From positions 16,118-80,117 of the forward strand of contig JANQNX010000011.1 in NCBI GenBank assembly GCA_028279365.1: 64,000 bases of DNA, written 5' to 3'. This DNA is from Gammaproteobacteria bacterium (GTDB lineage Bacteria > Pseudomonadota > Gammaproteobacteria > Eutrophobiales > Eutrophobiaceae). Position 1 is the stretch's first letter, and each line of letters opens with the position of its first letter. This document shows positions 51,159 through 59,463 of the stretch, one piece after another. The translations under genes and the position numbers were made by a program. A model generated the notes under the pieces. That model worked only from the letters and a program-made list of their open reading frames with translations, ran no database searches and was not told the DNA's origin.

Positions 51159-51689
51159 ATGTTAGTCAGTATTCATCAATCTGAAAATAAGGTGAAAAAA
51201 AACACTCGATATTTTAAAGGCTGGAACAGCAAAAGCAGCGTGGATTTCGAGCTAAAAACTAAAAAGGATATTCTTTTAGTCGTAGCTATTGGTCTTATTG
51301 TGTTTTTTTCTTGTATCTGGTTAGACATTTTGTCCTTTCAGGACGCTTGGTTTGAAATAGGTGAAGTTGTTATAGCAACATTTTTTTCTTTTATATGTCT
51401 GATCTGGTTTGGTTTTACACGATGCCAAGATGCTAACTATTTTTTGAAAAAGTGCCTAAAGACTCAAGTTGAGTATGATCAAAAGGAGCAAGCGAAAATA
51501 ATTGATGCTAGAGGCTTTAAACCAGACGGAATTAACCACGATCTTGGATTAATCGGCATGCGTGAGCGAATCAAGAATTTGGGCGGGCCTTTTGAGATAT
51601 CCAGTAAAGCTAATCGGGGTGTAGATCTTCCAATATTGGCACCCCTGAAAGATATGAAAGTTAATAATTATGAATGTTATGCCGATTAA
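51159..51689 (+). CDS. Degenerate HisKA_3/NarX-type sensor kinase remnant (2 TM helices plus only the last ~45 aa of the ATPase domain)
   Basis: C-terminus DGINHDLGLIGMRERIKNLGGPFEISSKANRGVDLPILAPL equals the G2 box and the end of HATPase_c. No H-box or N-box is present. Overlaps the following LuxR-type regulator by 20 nt. Confidence 0.5.
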   Translation: MLVSIHQSENKVKKNTRYFKGWNSKSSVDFELKTKKDILLVVAIGLIVFFSCIWLDILSFQDAWFEIGEVVIATFFSFICLIWFGFTRCQDANYFLKKCLKTQVEYDQKEQAKIIDARGFKPDGINHDLGLIGMRERIKNLGGPFEISSKANRGVDLPILAPLKDMKVNNYECYAD

Positions 51690-52341
51690 AGTTCTTATTG
51701 TAGATGATCATCAAATTCTTCTTGACGGATATAAAAGTCTGTTAGAGGCAGAAGGTTTCAATGTTTCAGGTTGTGCCGAAAATGTCGATGAAGGATTTTT
51801 ACTATATAAAAAACTAAAACCGGACATATCGATTGTTGATATATCAATGCCAGGAAAAAGTGGTCTAAGTTGTATTGAAAGCATTATTGCTTATGACAAT
51901 ATGGCGAAAATCATTGTCTGTACCATGTATGATGAAGTGCAGCTTGTTATCAAGGCTATGCATATGGGGGCGAAAGGCTTTATTACCAAAACGAGTTCAT
52001 TGTCAGTGATTGCTGATGCGATAAAAACTGTTTATTCAGGTGGCTGTTATCTTTCAGAAAAACATGCGCATGATATTGCGCTTCTTGATATAAAGGATAA
52101 GAAGGAAAAAGTTAAGGAGCATTCGCATTTTAAATTAGATGAGCTCTCAGAAAAAGAATTACATATTTTTAAAATGGTTGCGCACGGCCTTAATACCAAG
52201 GAAATTGCTGAAAAAATCTCTCTTTCATCCAAAACAGTGGCAAATTATCGATCAAAGATTTTAAGTAAGATTGGAGCAAAAAATTCACGTGAATTAACAG
52301 TTATTGCCATGAAAAACGGACTGATTAAATCCGATATATAA
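51670..52341 (+). CDS. NarL/LuxR-family response regulator
   Basis: Receiver VLIVDDHQ...DISIVDISMPG and the C-terminal LuxR HTH LSEKELHIFKMVAHGLNTKEIAEKISLSSKTVANYRSKI. Confidence 0.9.
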   Translation: MNVMPIKVLIVDDHQILLDGYKSLLEAEGFNVSGCAENVDEGFLLYKKLKPDISIVDISMPGKSGLSCIESIIAYDNMAKIIVCTMYDEVQLVIKAMHMGAKGFITKTSSLSVIADAIKTVYSGGCYLSEKHAHDIALLDIKDKKEKVKEHSHFKLDELSEKELHIFKMVAHGLNTKEIAEKISLSSKTVANYRSKILSKIGAKNSRELTVIAMKNGLIKSDI

Positions 52342-52356
52342 TAATTATTACACTAC

Positions 52357-52716
52357 TTGGGAATCAAATTAATGATGTTTTATAAAAAAACTATATTGTT
52401 TTTCCTCTGCCTTTTCTCTTCCAATAATTTCGCGATGAAAATGGAATCTGAATTAGCTGATTACATTTTATTAAAAGAGATCGTTGATGCATCATGTGCG
52501 AATAAAAACGGGAAGATGATTGTGGTTGAGTCAAAAGAAAAAAATCATAGCATTGAGGTTCAGCTAGAGAGATATTTTCAAAATGTCAGGCAACCTGGAC
52601 GTTCTGTTGTCGTGTTAGAACCAGGCGACAAATATAAAAAACTCGGATGTTCGCGTGTTCTTTATGATGAAGCGGAACAAAAATGGAGGATTGTAAAAAT
52701 AAAAATTATTGAATAA
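52357..52716 (+). CDS. Small secreted hypothetical protein
   Basis: Hydrophobic N-terminus TILFFLCLFSSNNFA. No recognisable family. AT-rich context. Confidence 0.4.
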   Translation: MGIKLMMFYKKTILFFLCLFSSNNFAMKMESELADYILLKEIVDASCANKNGKMIVVESKEKNHSIEVQLERYFQNVRQPGRSVVVLEPGDKYKKLGCSRVLYDEAEQKWRIVKIKIIE

Positions 52717-52725
52717 GTAAAAATT

Positions 52726-53139
52726 TTAGCACTTTCTCGGAAAACGACTAAGAATGTAGCGTATCATTGTTGCATCGTCGTTATTAGCAATAAGATAATC
52801 TCTTTGTATTTCATACGCCTCACGTTCCAGTTTTAATCTTTCATCGCAACTAATTTCGATGGCTTTTTTGTTAAATACGATGTTCTGTATATGGTGCACT
52901 GCTTCATGAATGTAATAAGCTTGATCAGAGACACTGTTATTTAAATCCATTCCTTTACTGATAAATACTGTTTCAGTAGTGTCATTATAATAGGCAACAG
53001 CACTACATTTTTTTCCTTGGCAGACTTTCTCGAAAATAACCGTTTGTTCTACAATTTCTATTTTCGGATAAGAGACATCATGCTCAATTCCCATCATGTT
53101 GAGCACAATTAAAAAAAGTTGTTCGGCAATAGATTCCAT
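52726..53139 (-). CDS. Hypothetical 137-aa protein with an HExxH motif (possible minimal zinc metallopeptidase)
   Basis: YYIHEAVHHIQN contains HEAVH. No signal peptide. Confidence 0.45.
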   Translation of the reverse strand: MESIAEQLFLIVLNMMGIEHDVSYPKIEIVEQTVIFEKVCQGKKCSAVAYYNDTTETVFISKGMDLNNSVSDQAYYIHEAVHHIQNIVFNKKAIEISCDERLKLEREAYEIQRDYLIANNDDATMIRYILSRFPRKC

Positions 53140-53337
53140 ATCGTTTTTATCATAGTTAGATTCTCCTATCTTAAATTAAAGTTGAAAGTAAAAACTATTT
53201 TCATTTTGTTTAGGATTATTTCATGTCAAAAAAAGTGAGTTTAATAACTATTTAAATAGTTATTAAAAATGTAGTTTGTCGTTTCAAGAATAAGCATTGT
53301 ATTTCTGGTTAATAAATTAACATTTAAAAGATGTAGT

Positions 53338-53853
53338 ATGCGTTATAGATATTTATATTCTTTTTTTTATGTCTTTCTGTTAGCAGCTTGTGAGGGTGAG
53401 TCATATGATGCCAGTTATAAACCTTACTTTGAAAATGAAGCCAAAGACCTCGGTAAAGCAGGTAATGAATTAGAAAGCGACTTCATTACGTTTGCTGATG
53501 AAATAAATGAAGTTGACTGGCTGATTTTAAAAACAACTGGTTATGAACCTGATGAATATGCAGAACGTGAAGACATTAGCAGACTCCTGGAATTGCTGGA
53601 TACAGTTTACAGCGAAGATAAACGGATGATTGCAAACAGAACGGTTCAGACTGCAAAGATGTTAGAAGAAAACCAGCTTCATTTTGACTTAAAAGCTTTT
53701 TTAGAGGGGTTTGCTGAAATACCGAGCGAGGGCAGCATGACTGTTTTTGGGAGTTATTGTCAGCATTACTTTAACTTAAGAAGTAATGATTTGTCTCATG
53801 CACAAGTCATTAATTACATGGTGTCTGGTCGACGTGAAATAAACCCAAATTAG
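53338..53853 (+). CDS. Hypothetical lipoprotein
   Basis: Lipobox LLAAC. The mature part is acidic and helical. Confidence 0.5.
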   Translation: MRYRYLYSFFYVFLLAACEGESYDASYKPYFENEAKDLGKAGNELESDFITFADEINEVDWLILKTTGYEPDEYAEREDISRLLELLDTVYSEDKRMIANRTVQTAKMLEENQLHFDLKAFLEGFAEIPSEGSMTVFGSYCQHYFNLRSNDLSHAQVINYMVSGRREINPN

Positions 53854-53863
53854 TAAGGAAGTC

Positions 53864-54184
53864 ATGTTAAATAAAACAAAACTATTAAAAACCATCACTT
53901 TTATCATTTCATTTATTTTTGTTTGCAGCATTTCCGCCAACGATACGTTAGGAAAATATACAGAGGCAGGATTTCTAAAAGAAATATTAGGCAAGTCTGA
54001 AGATGTTGTTATTGAGATCCTGGGTGAACCGATAAAGATAGTCACAAAAAATAATATGAAGTTTTTTTTGTATGAATCATTAGTGCAACAAGGTGACGCT
54101 GATAAGTATTTTAAATATACGCAATTAGCCATTGTTAACGGAATCGTGCAAAACATTGGTAATTCTAATAGAGCTGCTAAATAA
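53864..54184 (+). CDS. Small secreted hypothetical protein
   Basis: Signal peptide TFIISFIFVCSISA. 10-nt gap to the preceding lipoprotein gene. Confidence 0.45.
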   Translation: MLNKTKLLKTITFIISFIFVCSISANDTLGKYTEAGFLKEILGKSEDVVIEILGEPIKIVTKNNMKFFLYESLVQQGDADKYFKYTQLAIVNGIVQNIGNSNRAAK

Positions 54185-54402
54185 GTATTAATAAAGCAAA
54201 ACGTAATAGTTGAAAGCTTAAATCCGTTGCCTTAACCACTGATTCTTGTCAGTTGAACGCTTCATTATCAATTTCACTTTTATTTTAGGGAATAAATCCT
54301 ATGCATATTGTGAACTGTTTACAATCACAATGAGAAATGAATAGTTTAAGTGATTAATTGCAGCTCTATTAAATAACTTATTCCCTATGGAATACTGATT
54401 CG

Positions 54403-54442
54403 GTTGCAACAAGTTTTCATCAGTTGCATTGGCTTTTCATAA
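54403..54442 (+). promoter_or_regulatory. Tandem 20-bp direct repeat upstream of mxaF (GTTGCA-N5-TTTTCAT, twice)
   Basis: GTTGCAACAAGTTTTCATCA followed directly by GTTGCATTGGCTTTTCATAA (14/20 identical, in two conserved blocks). Ends 36 nt before the mxaF ATG. Confidence 0.4.
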
Positions 54443-54478
54443 ATAGAATATAAGAAGATGAGTAACAGGAGGAAAATC

Positions 54479-56356
54479 ATGACAAGTGCTGTAAGACATC
54501 GTAGCTCATTCTTTGTCTTCCTCGCTCCATTAGTACTATCGCTTTTCAGTCTGAATATTTCAGCGAATGATAAGTTAGTGAAGATGGCGGAGGATGATAG
54601 AAACTGGGTGATGCAGTGTAAGAACTATGACTGTAATCATTACAGTAAAATGACTCAGGTAAATAATGCAAATGTAAAACGTTTACGTCCAAGTTGGTCG
54701 TTTTCAACAGGTCTGCTGCATGGCCATGAAGGATCGCCGTTGGTGATTGATGGCATGATGTATATTCATAGTCCATTCCCTAATAACACTTATGCGATTA
54801 ATCTTAATGAACCTGGTGTAATTGTTTGGGAACACAAGCCAAAACAGGACCCGGCTGCAAGGGCGGTGGCCTGTTGTGACCTGGTGAATCGTGGTCTTGC
54901 TTATTGGCCTGGTGATGACAAATTGCCACCGATGATTGTTAAAAGTCAGCTTGATGGCAAAGTGGTTGTGCTAAATGCCAAAACGGGCGCAGTGCATTGG
55001 GAGGTTGAAAACGGTGATATCTCAGTAGGCCAGACAGAAACCGCTGCACCTTACGTTATCAAAAACATGGTAATCCAGGGTTCTTCCGGCGCTGAATTAG
55101 GTGTTCGTGGCTATGTGACCGCTTATGATATTCATAGTGGTGAAATGGTGTGGCGTTGGTATGCAACTGGACCTGATAAAGAAATTGGCTTGCATAAAAG
55201 CTTTAATAAGGAAAACCCACACTACGGCCAGAAAGGCTTAGGTCTTGCTACCTGGGAAGATGATGCCTGGAAGATTGGTGGTGGTACTAACTGGGGTTGG
55301 TATGCCTATGATCCGGATGTCGACATGTTCTACTACGGTTCTGGTAACCCTGCACCTTGGAACGAGACGATGCGCCCTGGTGATAATAAATGGACGATGA
55401 CGATCTGGGGTCGTGATGCTGATACCGGTTTAGCAAAATTTGGTTATCAAAAAACACCTCATGATGAATGGGATTACGCTGGCGTGAATGTCATGATGCT
55501 TTCCGAGCAGAAAGATAAAAAAGGCAAAATGCGCAAGCTGCTAACACATCCGGATCGTAACGGTATTATTTATACTCTGGATCGTGAAACGGGCGATTTG
55601 GTTTCGGCAGATAAACTGGATGAGACTGCTAACTGGGTAAAGAAAGTCGATCTAAAATCAGGTCTTCCAATTCGTGACCCTGAATACAATACACGTATGG
55701 ATCATCGCTCAAAAGAAGTCTGTCCTTCAGCGATGGGTTTTCATAATCAGGGTGTAGATTCCTATGATCCAAATAAGGAATTGTTCTACCTGGGTATCAA
55801 TCACCTGTGCATGGACTGGGAACCTTTCATGTTGCCTTATCGTGCTGGTCAATTCTTTGTTGGTGCCAATGTATGGAGCTATCCTGGACCTAAAGGTGAT
55901 CGCCAGAAAGGTATTGGTTCTGGTCAAGTGAAGGCCTATAACGCAATCAGCGGCAAATATAAGTGGGAAAAGATGGAAAAATTTGCTGTTTGGGGCGGCA
56001 CGATGGCAACCGCAGGTAATCTCGTCTTTTATGGGACATTGGATGGTTTTATAAAAGCACGTCATTCTGATACGGGAGAGTTGTTGTGGAAATTTAAACT
56101 CCCTTCAGGTGCGATTGGACACCCAATGACCTATATGCATAAGGGTAAACAGTATGTCGGCATCAATTACGGTGTAGGCGGCTGGCCCGCAGTCGGTCTG
56201 GTGTTTGATTTACATGACCCTTCTGCTGGTTTGGGTGCAGTCGGTGCCTTTAAGGAACTCGCCAAACATACTCAAATGGGCGGTGGCTTCATTGCGTTCT
56301 CTCTAAACGGTGAAGGTCCTTACGATGATATTAGTCTTGGCGAGTACGAGATGTAA
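54479..56356 (+). CDS. mxaF: PQQ-dependent methanol dehydrogenase large subunit, Ca-type (MxaF)
   Basis: Signal peptide and vicinal disulfide AVACCDL. Catalytic-site block DEWDYAGVN has Ala, not Asp, two residues after the catalytic Asp (MxaF, not XoxF). Followed by mxaJGI. AGGAGG at 54467-54472 favours ATG 54479 over the track start at 54458. Confidence 0.95.
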   Translation: MTSAVRHRSSFFVFLAPLVLSLFSLNISANDKLVKMAEDDRNWVMQCKNYDCNHYSKMTQVNNANVKRLRPSWSFSTGLLHGHEGSPLVIDGMMYIHSPFPNNTYAINLNEPGVIVWEHKPKQDPAARAVACCDLVNRGLAYWPGDDKLPPMIVKSQLDGKVVVLNAKTGAVHWEVENGDISVGQTETAAPYVIKNMVIQGSSGAELGVRGYVTAYDIHSGEMVWRWYATGPDKEIGLHKSFNKENPHYGQKGLGLATWEDDAWKIGGGTNWGWYAYDPDVDMFYYGSGNPAPWNETMRPGDNKWTMTIWGRDADTGLAKFGYQKTPHDEWDYAGVNVMMLSEQKDKKGKMRKLLTHPDRNGIIYTLDRETGDLVSADKLDETANWVKKVDLKSGLPIRDPEYNTRMDHRSKEVCPSAMGFHNQGVDSYDPNKELFYLGINHLCMDWEPFMLPYRAGQFFVGANVWSYPGPKGDRQKGIGSGQVKAYNAISGKYKWEKMEKFAVWGGTMATAGNLVFYGTLDGFIKARHSDTGELLWKFKLPSGAIGHPMTYMHKGKQYVGINYGVGGWPAVGLVFDLHDPSAGLGAVGAFKELAKHTQMGGGFIAFSLNGEGPYDDISLGEYEM

Positions 56357-56370
56357 TTTCATTTGTATGC

Positions 56371-56412
56371 TTAGTTCAGGGTGGTGGTCACACAATTGCC
56401 ACCCTGAACTAA
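56371..56412 (+). other. Strong 14-bp hairpin in the mxaF-mxaJ spacer
   Basis: TTAGTTCAGGGTGG (56371-56384) pairs with CCACCCTGAACTAA (56399-56412). No T-run follows. Confidence 0.5.
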
Positions 56413-56453
56413 ATTAATTCGAATAACGATAAATATCCATTGTAGTAATTATC

Positions 56454-57311
56454 ATGTTGATGAATAAATTTAGTAAGTACTCTTTTATCTTGTTTTTCTG
56501 TCTAGGTTTAAACGCAGTGAGCTTACATGCCGCCAGTAGTAAAACTACGTTACGTGTTTGTGCGGCCAAGGATGAATTGCCTTATTCAGACTATAAGAAA
56601 ACAGGGTTTGAAAATTCAATCGCCAAAGTGTTGGCAAAAAATATGAATCGTAAGCTTGAGTTTATCTGGTCAGAAAGAGCGGCCATTTTTCTTATTAATG
56701 ATTTATTAAAAAAAGGTAGTTGCGATCTCGTTATTGGTGTCGATGAGGGCGATGCAAGAGTATTAACCAGCAAGCCTTACTATCGCTCTTCTTACGCATT
56801 TATCTATAGAAAAGACAAAGGCATAGCGGTTGATAGTTGGCAAAGCCCTGATCTGCAAAAACTCAAAAAGTTTGCCTATACCCCAGGTTCACCTGCAGAA
56901 GTTATGTTGAGAAAGATTGGTAAATATGAAGAAAATTTTAATTACTTAATGTCTTTAATTAATTTCAAGTCGAGAAGGAACTCCTATTCTCGATACCATC
57001 CCGAAAAAATGGTGAATGAAGTGATCCAGGGTAATGCTGATATAGCAATATTATGGGCTCCTGAAGCTGCGCGATATGTAAACGAGGCAACAGAACTCGT
57101 TACGATGAATGTGATTAATGAAAGCAAAGTGAAATACAAAGGAGAATATATAGAGCATCACTATAACCAGTCTCTCGCTGTTAGAGAAAACGATAAAGAA
57201 TTGCTTGAGGATCTAAATGAAGCGCTGGATAAAAGCATGGACGAAATCACCAAAATTCTGAAGCAGGAAGGCGTGCCCTTGATTCAATCAAAAGATATCG
57301 CCTATCACTAA
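56454..57311 (+). CDS. mxaJ: Methanol oxidation periplasmic binding-protein-like MxaJ
   Basis: Signal peptide present, SBP-like sequence (LRVCAAKDELPYS), and a conserved position between mxaF and mxaG. Confidence 0.85.
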   Translation: MLMNKFSKYSFILFFCLGLNAVSLHAASSKTTLRVCAAKDELPYSDYKKTGFENSIAKVLAKNMNRKLEFIWSERAAIFLINDLLKKGSCDLVIGVDEGDARVLTSKPYYRSSYAFIYRKDKGIAVDSWQSPDLQKLKKFAYTPGSPAEVMLRKIGKYEENFNYLMSLINFKSRRNSYSRYHPEKMVNEVIQGNADIAILWAPEAARYVNEATELVTMNVINESKVKYKGEYIEHHYNQSLAVRENDKELLEDLNEALDKSMDEITKILKQEGVPLIQSKDIAYH

Positions 57312-57329
57312 AACCAATTATTAAAATTA

Positions 57330-57920
57330 ATGATCATGAATAATAAAAAAGAACTTAAGAGGCTATATGGCTTTGCTTTATTAACAATATTCGTAATTAG
57401 TATTTCTCTGCCTCTTTCCCATTATGCTGATGCGCAAATTATCTTTAGAAATACGCTTACCGGAGAACAGCTTGACTTCTCTTTTGCGAAAAAAGGTGAG
57501 GAAACAAAACAGCAAAAATATTTTATGTCCACAGGTTTAAATCAATATCTTGGAGATGCTGAGGCAATAAAAGTTGGTGCGGACTTGTTTTTGACAGCTT
57601 GTTCAGGCTGTCACGGTCACGAAGCAGAAGGGAAGCTGGGCCCGGCATTAGGTGATGATTATTGGACTTATCCAAAGAACACGACTGATAAAGGTTTTTT
57701 TGAAACGATGTTTGGTGGTGCCAGAGCAATGATGGGGCCGCAATATAAGCAATTAACTATTGATGAAATGTTAAAGGTGATTGCTTATGTCAGAAGTATT
57801 TATTGGGGCAGTGTAGAAAAAGCGGACTGGTTAACAGAAGAACAGAAAGCGACATTTAAGCCGGCACATATACCAAAAGATTATCTTGAGGCGCTGAAGA
57901 AACATCAGGAAAGCTCTTAA
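57330..57920 (+). CDS. mxaG: Cytochrome c-L (electron acceptor of methanol dehydrogenase)
   Basis: Single haem motif CSGCH. Signal peptide present. Position is conserved. Confidence 0.9.
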   Translation: MIMNNKKELKRLYGFALLTIFVISISLPLSHYADAQIIFRNTLTGEQLDFSFAKKGEETKQQKYFMSTGLNQYLGDAEAIKVGADLFLTACSGCHGHEAEGKLGPALGDDYWTYPKNTTDKGFFETMFGGARAMMGPQYKQLTIDEMLKVIAYVRSIYWGSVEKADWLTEEQKATFKPAHIPKDYLEALKKHQESS

Positions 57921-58048
57921 GCAAAAGTTCTAGTTTGGTTTATTAATAAATCAAACTTTAAAAGTATGCAGGACTGCATTCGGTTTTGACAGGGTATGTC
58001 ATTAAACAAGAAATAAATAACATTAAAAGTAATATCAGGAGGTAAGAG

Positions 58049-58324
58049 ATGAAGATAAAGTCAAAAATGTTAATGATCGCATTAGTTGCTGCTTTAAGTA
58101 CAGGTTCAATAGCTGTTTCAGCATACGACGGAACCAAATGTAAAGCTAAAGGTAATTGCTGGGAAGCAAAGCCAGGTTATCCAAAAAAAGTTAAAGGTAG
58201 TAAATACGACCCTAAACACAGTAAAGCTGAACTTGAAAAGCAGACCGCATCTATGATTGCTCAGGAAAGCAGAAATAAAGAACGCGCTGAAAATTTTAAG
58301 AAAACAGGTAAATGGGTTTATTAA
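58049..58324 (+). CDS. mxaI: Methanol dehydrogenase small (beta) subunit
   Basis: 91-aa Lys-rich secreted protein. The mature N-terminus YDGTKCKAKGNCWEAKPGYP is typical of MxaI. Confidence 0.9.
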   Translation: MKIKSKMLMIALVAALSTGSIAVSAYDGTKCKAKGNCWEAKPGYPKKVKGSKYDPKHSKAELEKQTASMIAQESRNKERAENFKKTGKWVY

Positions 58325-58388
58325 AATTGCTAACAGACTTTTGTCATATTTGACCTCCTCCTCGAAGGGCAGGATTTGGCAAAGTATT

Positions 58389-58422
58389 AGAGCGATGATC
58401 AATGATCATCGCTCTTTTTTTG
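58389..58422 (+). terminator. Rho-independent terminator/attenuator between mxaI and mxaR
   Basis: AGAGCGATGATCA / TGATCATCGCTCT arms followed by seven T residues. Confidence 0.75.
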
Positions 58423-58434
58423 AGGGTAAATTAA

Positions 58435-59451
58435 TTGAACAAGAACATTGATGCATGGAGAGAAAAAGCCGAGTTAATTAGAAATACTGTTGAAGGAGTT
58501 ATATTAGGACAAGAAGAACCGATTGAGTATTTATTAATAGCATTGTTTTCTCGAGGACATGTTCTATTGGAAGGTGATGTCGGCGTCGGTAAAACTACGT
58601 TGCTCAGGGTGCTCGCCAGAGTGATTGGGGGCGGGTATGAGCGTATCGAAGGCACGATTGATCTGATGCCTAACGATCTTCTCTATAACACATATATTGA
58701 CTCGGCAGGGCAGCCTGTTATGAAACCGGGCCCGGTCATTCGCCAGGATTCAGAGTTAACCACGCTGTTTTTCAATGAAATAAACAGGGCCAGACCCCAA
58801 GTTCACTCCTTATTACTAAGGGTTATGTCTGAAAGGAGTGTGCAGGCATTTGATCATAATTATTCCTTTCCACATTTACTGGTATTTGCCGATCGCAATC
58901 AGGTTGAAAGAGAAGAAACTTTCGAATTACCTGCAGCTGCACGTGATCGTTTTTTTATGGAAATAAATATTGGTTCACCAAAGGAAAAAGAAGCGATAGA
59001 GCAACTTGCTTTTGACCCAAAATATCATGATGTCGACAGCATGCTTGATAATAAAGTTGATACGGGCCTTGTTAACTATAAAGAAATAAATGAAGTGAGC
59101 GTATTAATACAAACAACGATTGATATTACAGTAGAAATAAAACGCTATATATTAGCGCTATGTCAGGCATTACGTCATCCAGAAAAAAACATGTTTGACA
59201 TGGATGGTGTTGATACGGAAAACCTGGTTGTAGCCGGAGTAAGTCCGAGGGGTATAAGCATGTTAGTCAAAGCTGCTCGAGTTTCTGCGTGGTTAAATCA
59301 GCGGATGTCAGTGATACCTGAAGACATTCACTCCGTTTTTCCGGTAATGATGACACATCGTGTATTTTTAAGTCCGGCTTACGAATATCGCGGTGATGAA
59401 ATAAAACCTCGATTAGTCGAAGCAATATTGGCTAACGTTCCATCGCCTTGA
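58435..59451 (+). CDS. mxaR: MoxR-family AAA+ ATPase MxaR (TTG start)
   Basis: Walker A GDVGVGKT and Walker B-like LFFNEINR. The first codon after an in-frame TAA is TTG at 58435, with GAGGG 8 nt upstream. Confidence 0.9.
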   Translation: MNKNIDAWREKAELIRNTVEGVILGQEEPIEYLLIALFSRGHVLLEGDVGVGKTTLLRVLARVIGGGYERIEGTIDLMPNDLLYNTYIDSAGQPVMKPGPVIRQDSELTTLFFNEINRARPQVHSLLLRVMSERSVQAFDHNYSFPHLLVFADRNQVEREETFELPAAARDRFFMEINIGSPKEKEAIEQLAFDPKYHDVDSMLDNKVDTGLVNYKEINEVSVLIQTTIDITVEIKRYILALCQALRHPEKNMFDMDGVDTENLVVAGVSPRGISMLVKAARVSAWLNQRMSVIPEDIHSVFPVMMTHRVFLSPAYEYRGDEIKPRLVEAILANVPSP

Positions 59452-59463
59452 TGGATTCAAATA

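Noticed and set aside
54308-54330. CRP/FNR-type site TTGTGA...TCACAA upstream of mxaF.
   Set aside because: The arms match the CRP half-sites but the spacer is 11 nt rather than 6, so it is not a canonical CRP site. It is reported only as an unexplained inverted repeat.
54423-54440. Sigma54 promoter suggested by TTGCA and TGGC elements (GTTGCATTGGCTTTT).
   Set aside because: The order and spacing are wrong. Sigma54 needs TGGCAC-N5-TTGCW, with GG 12 nt upstream of GC. Here TTGCA precedes TGGC.
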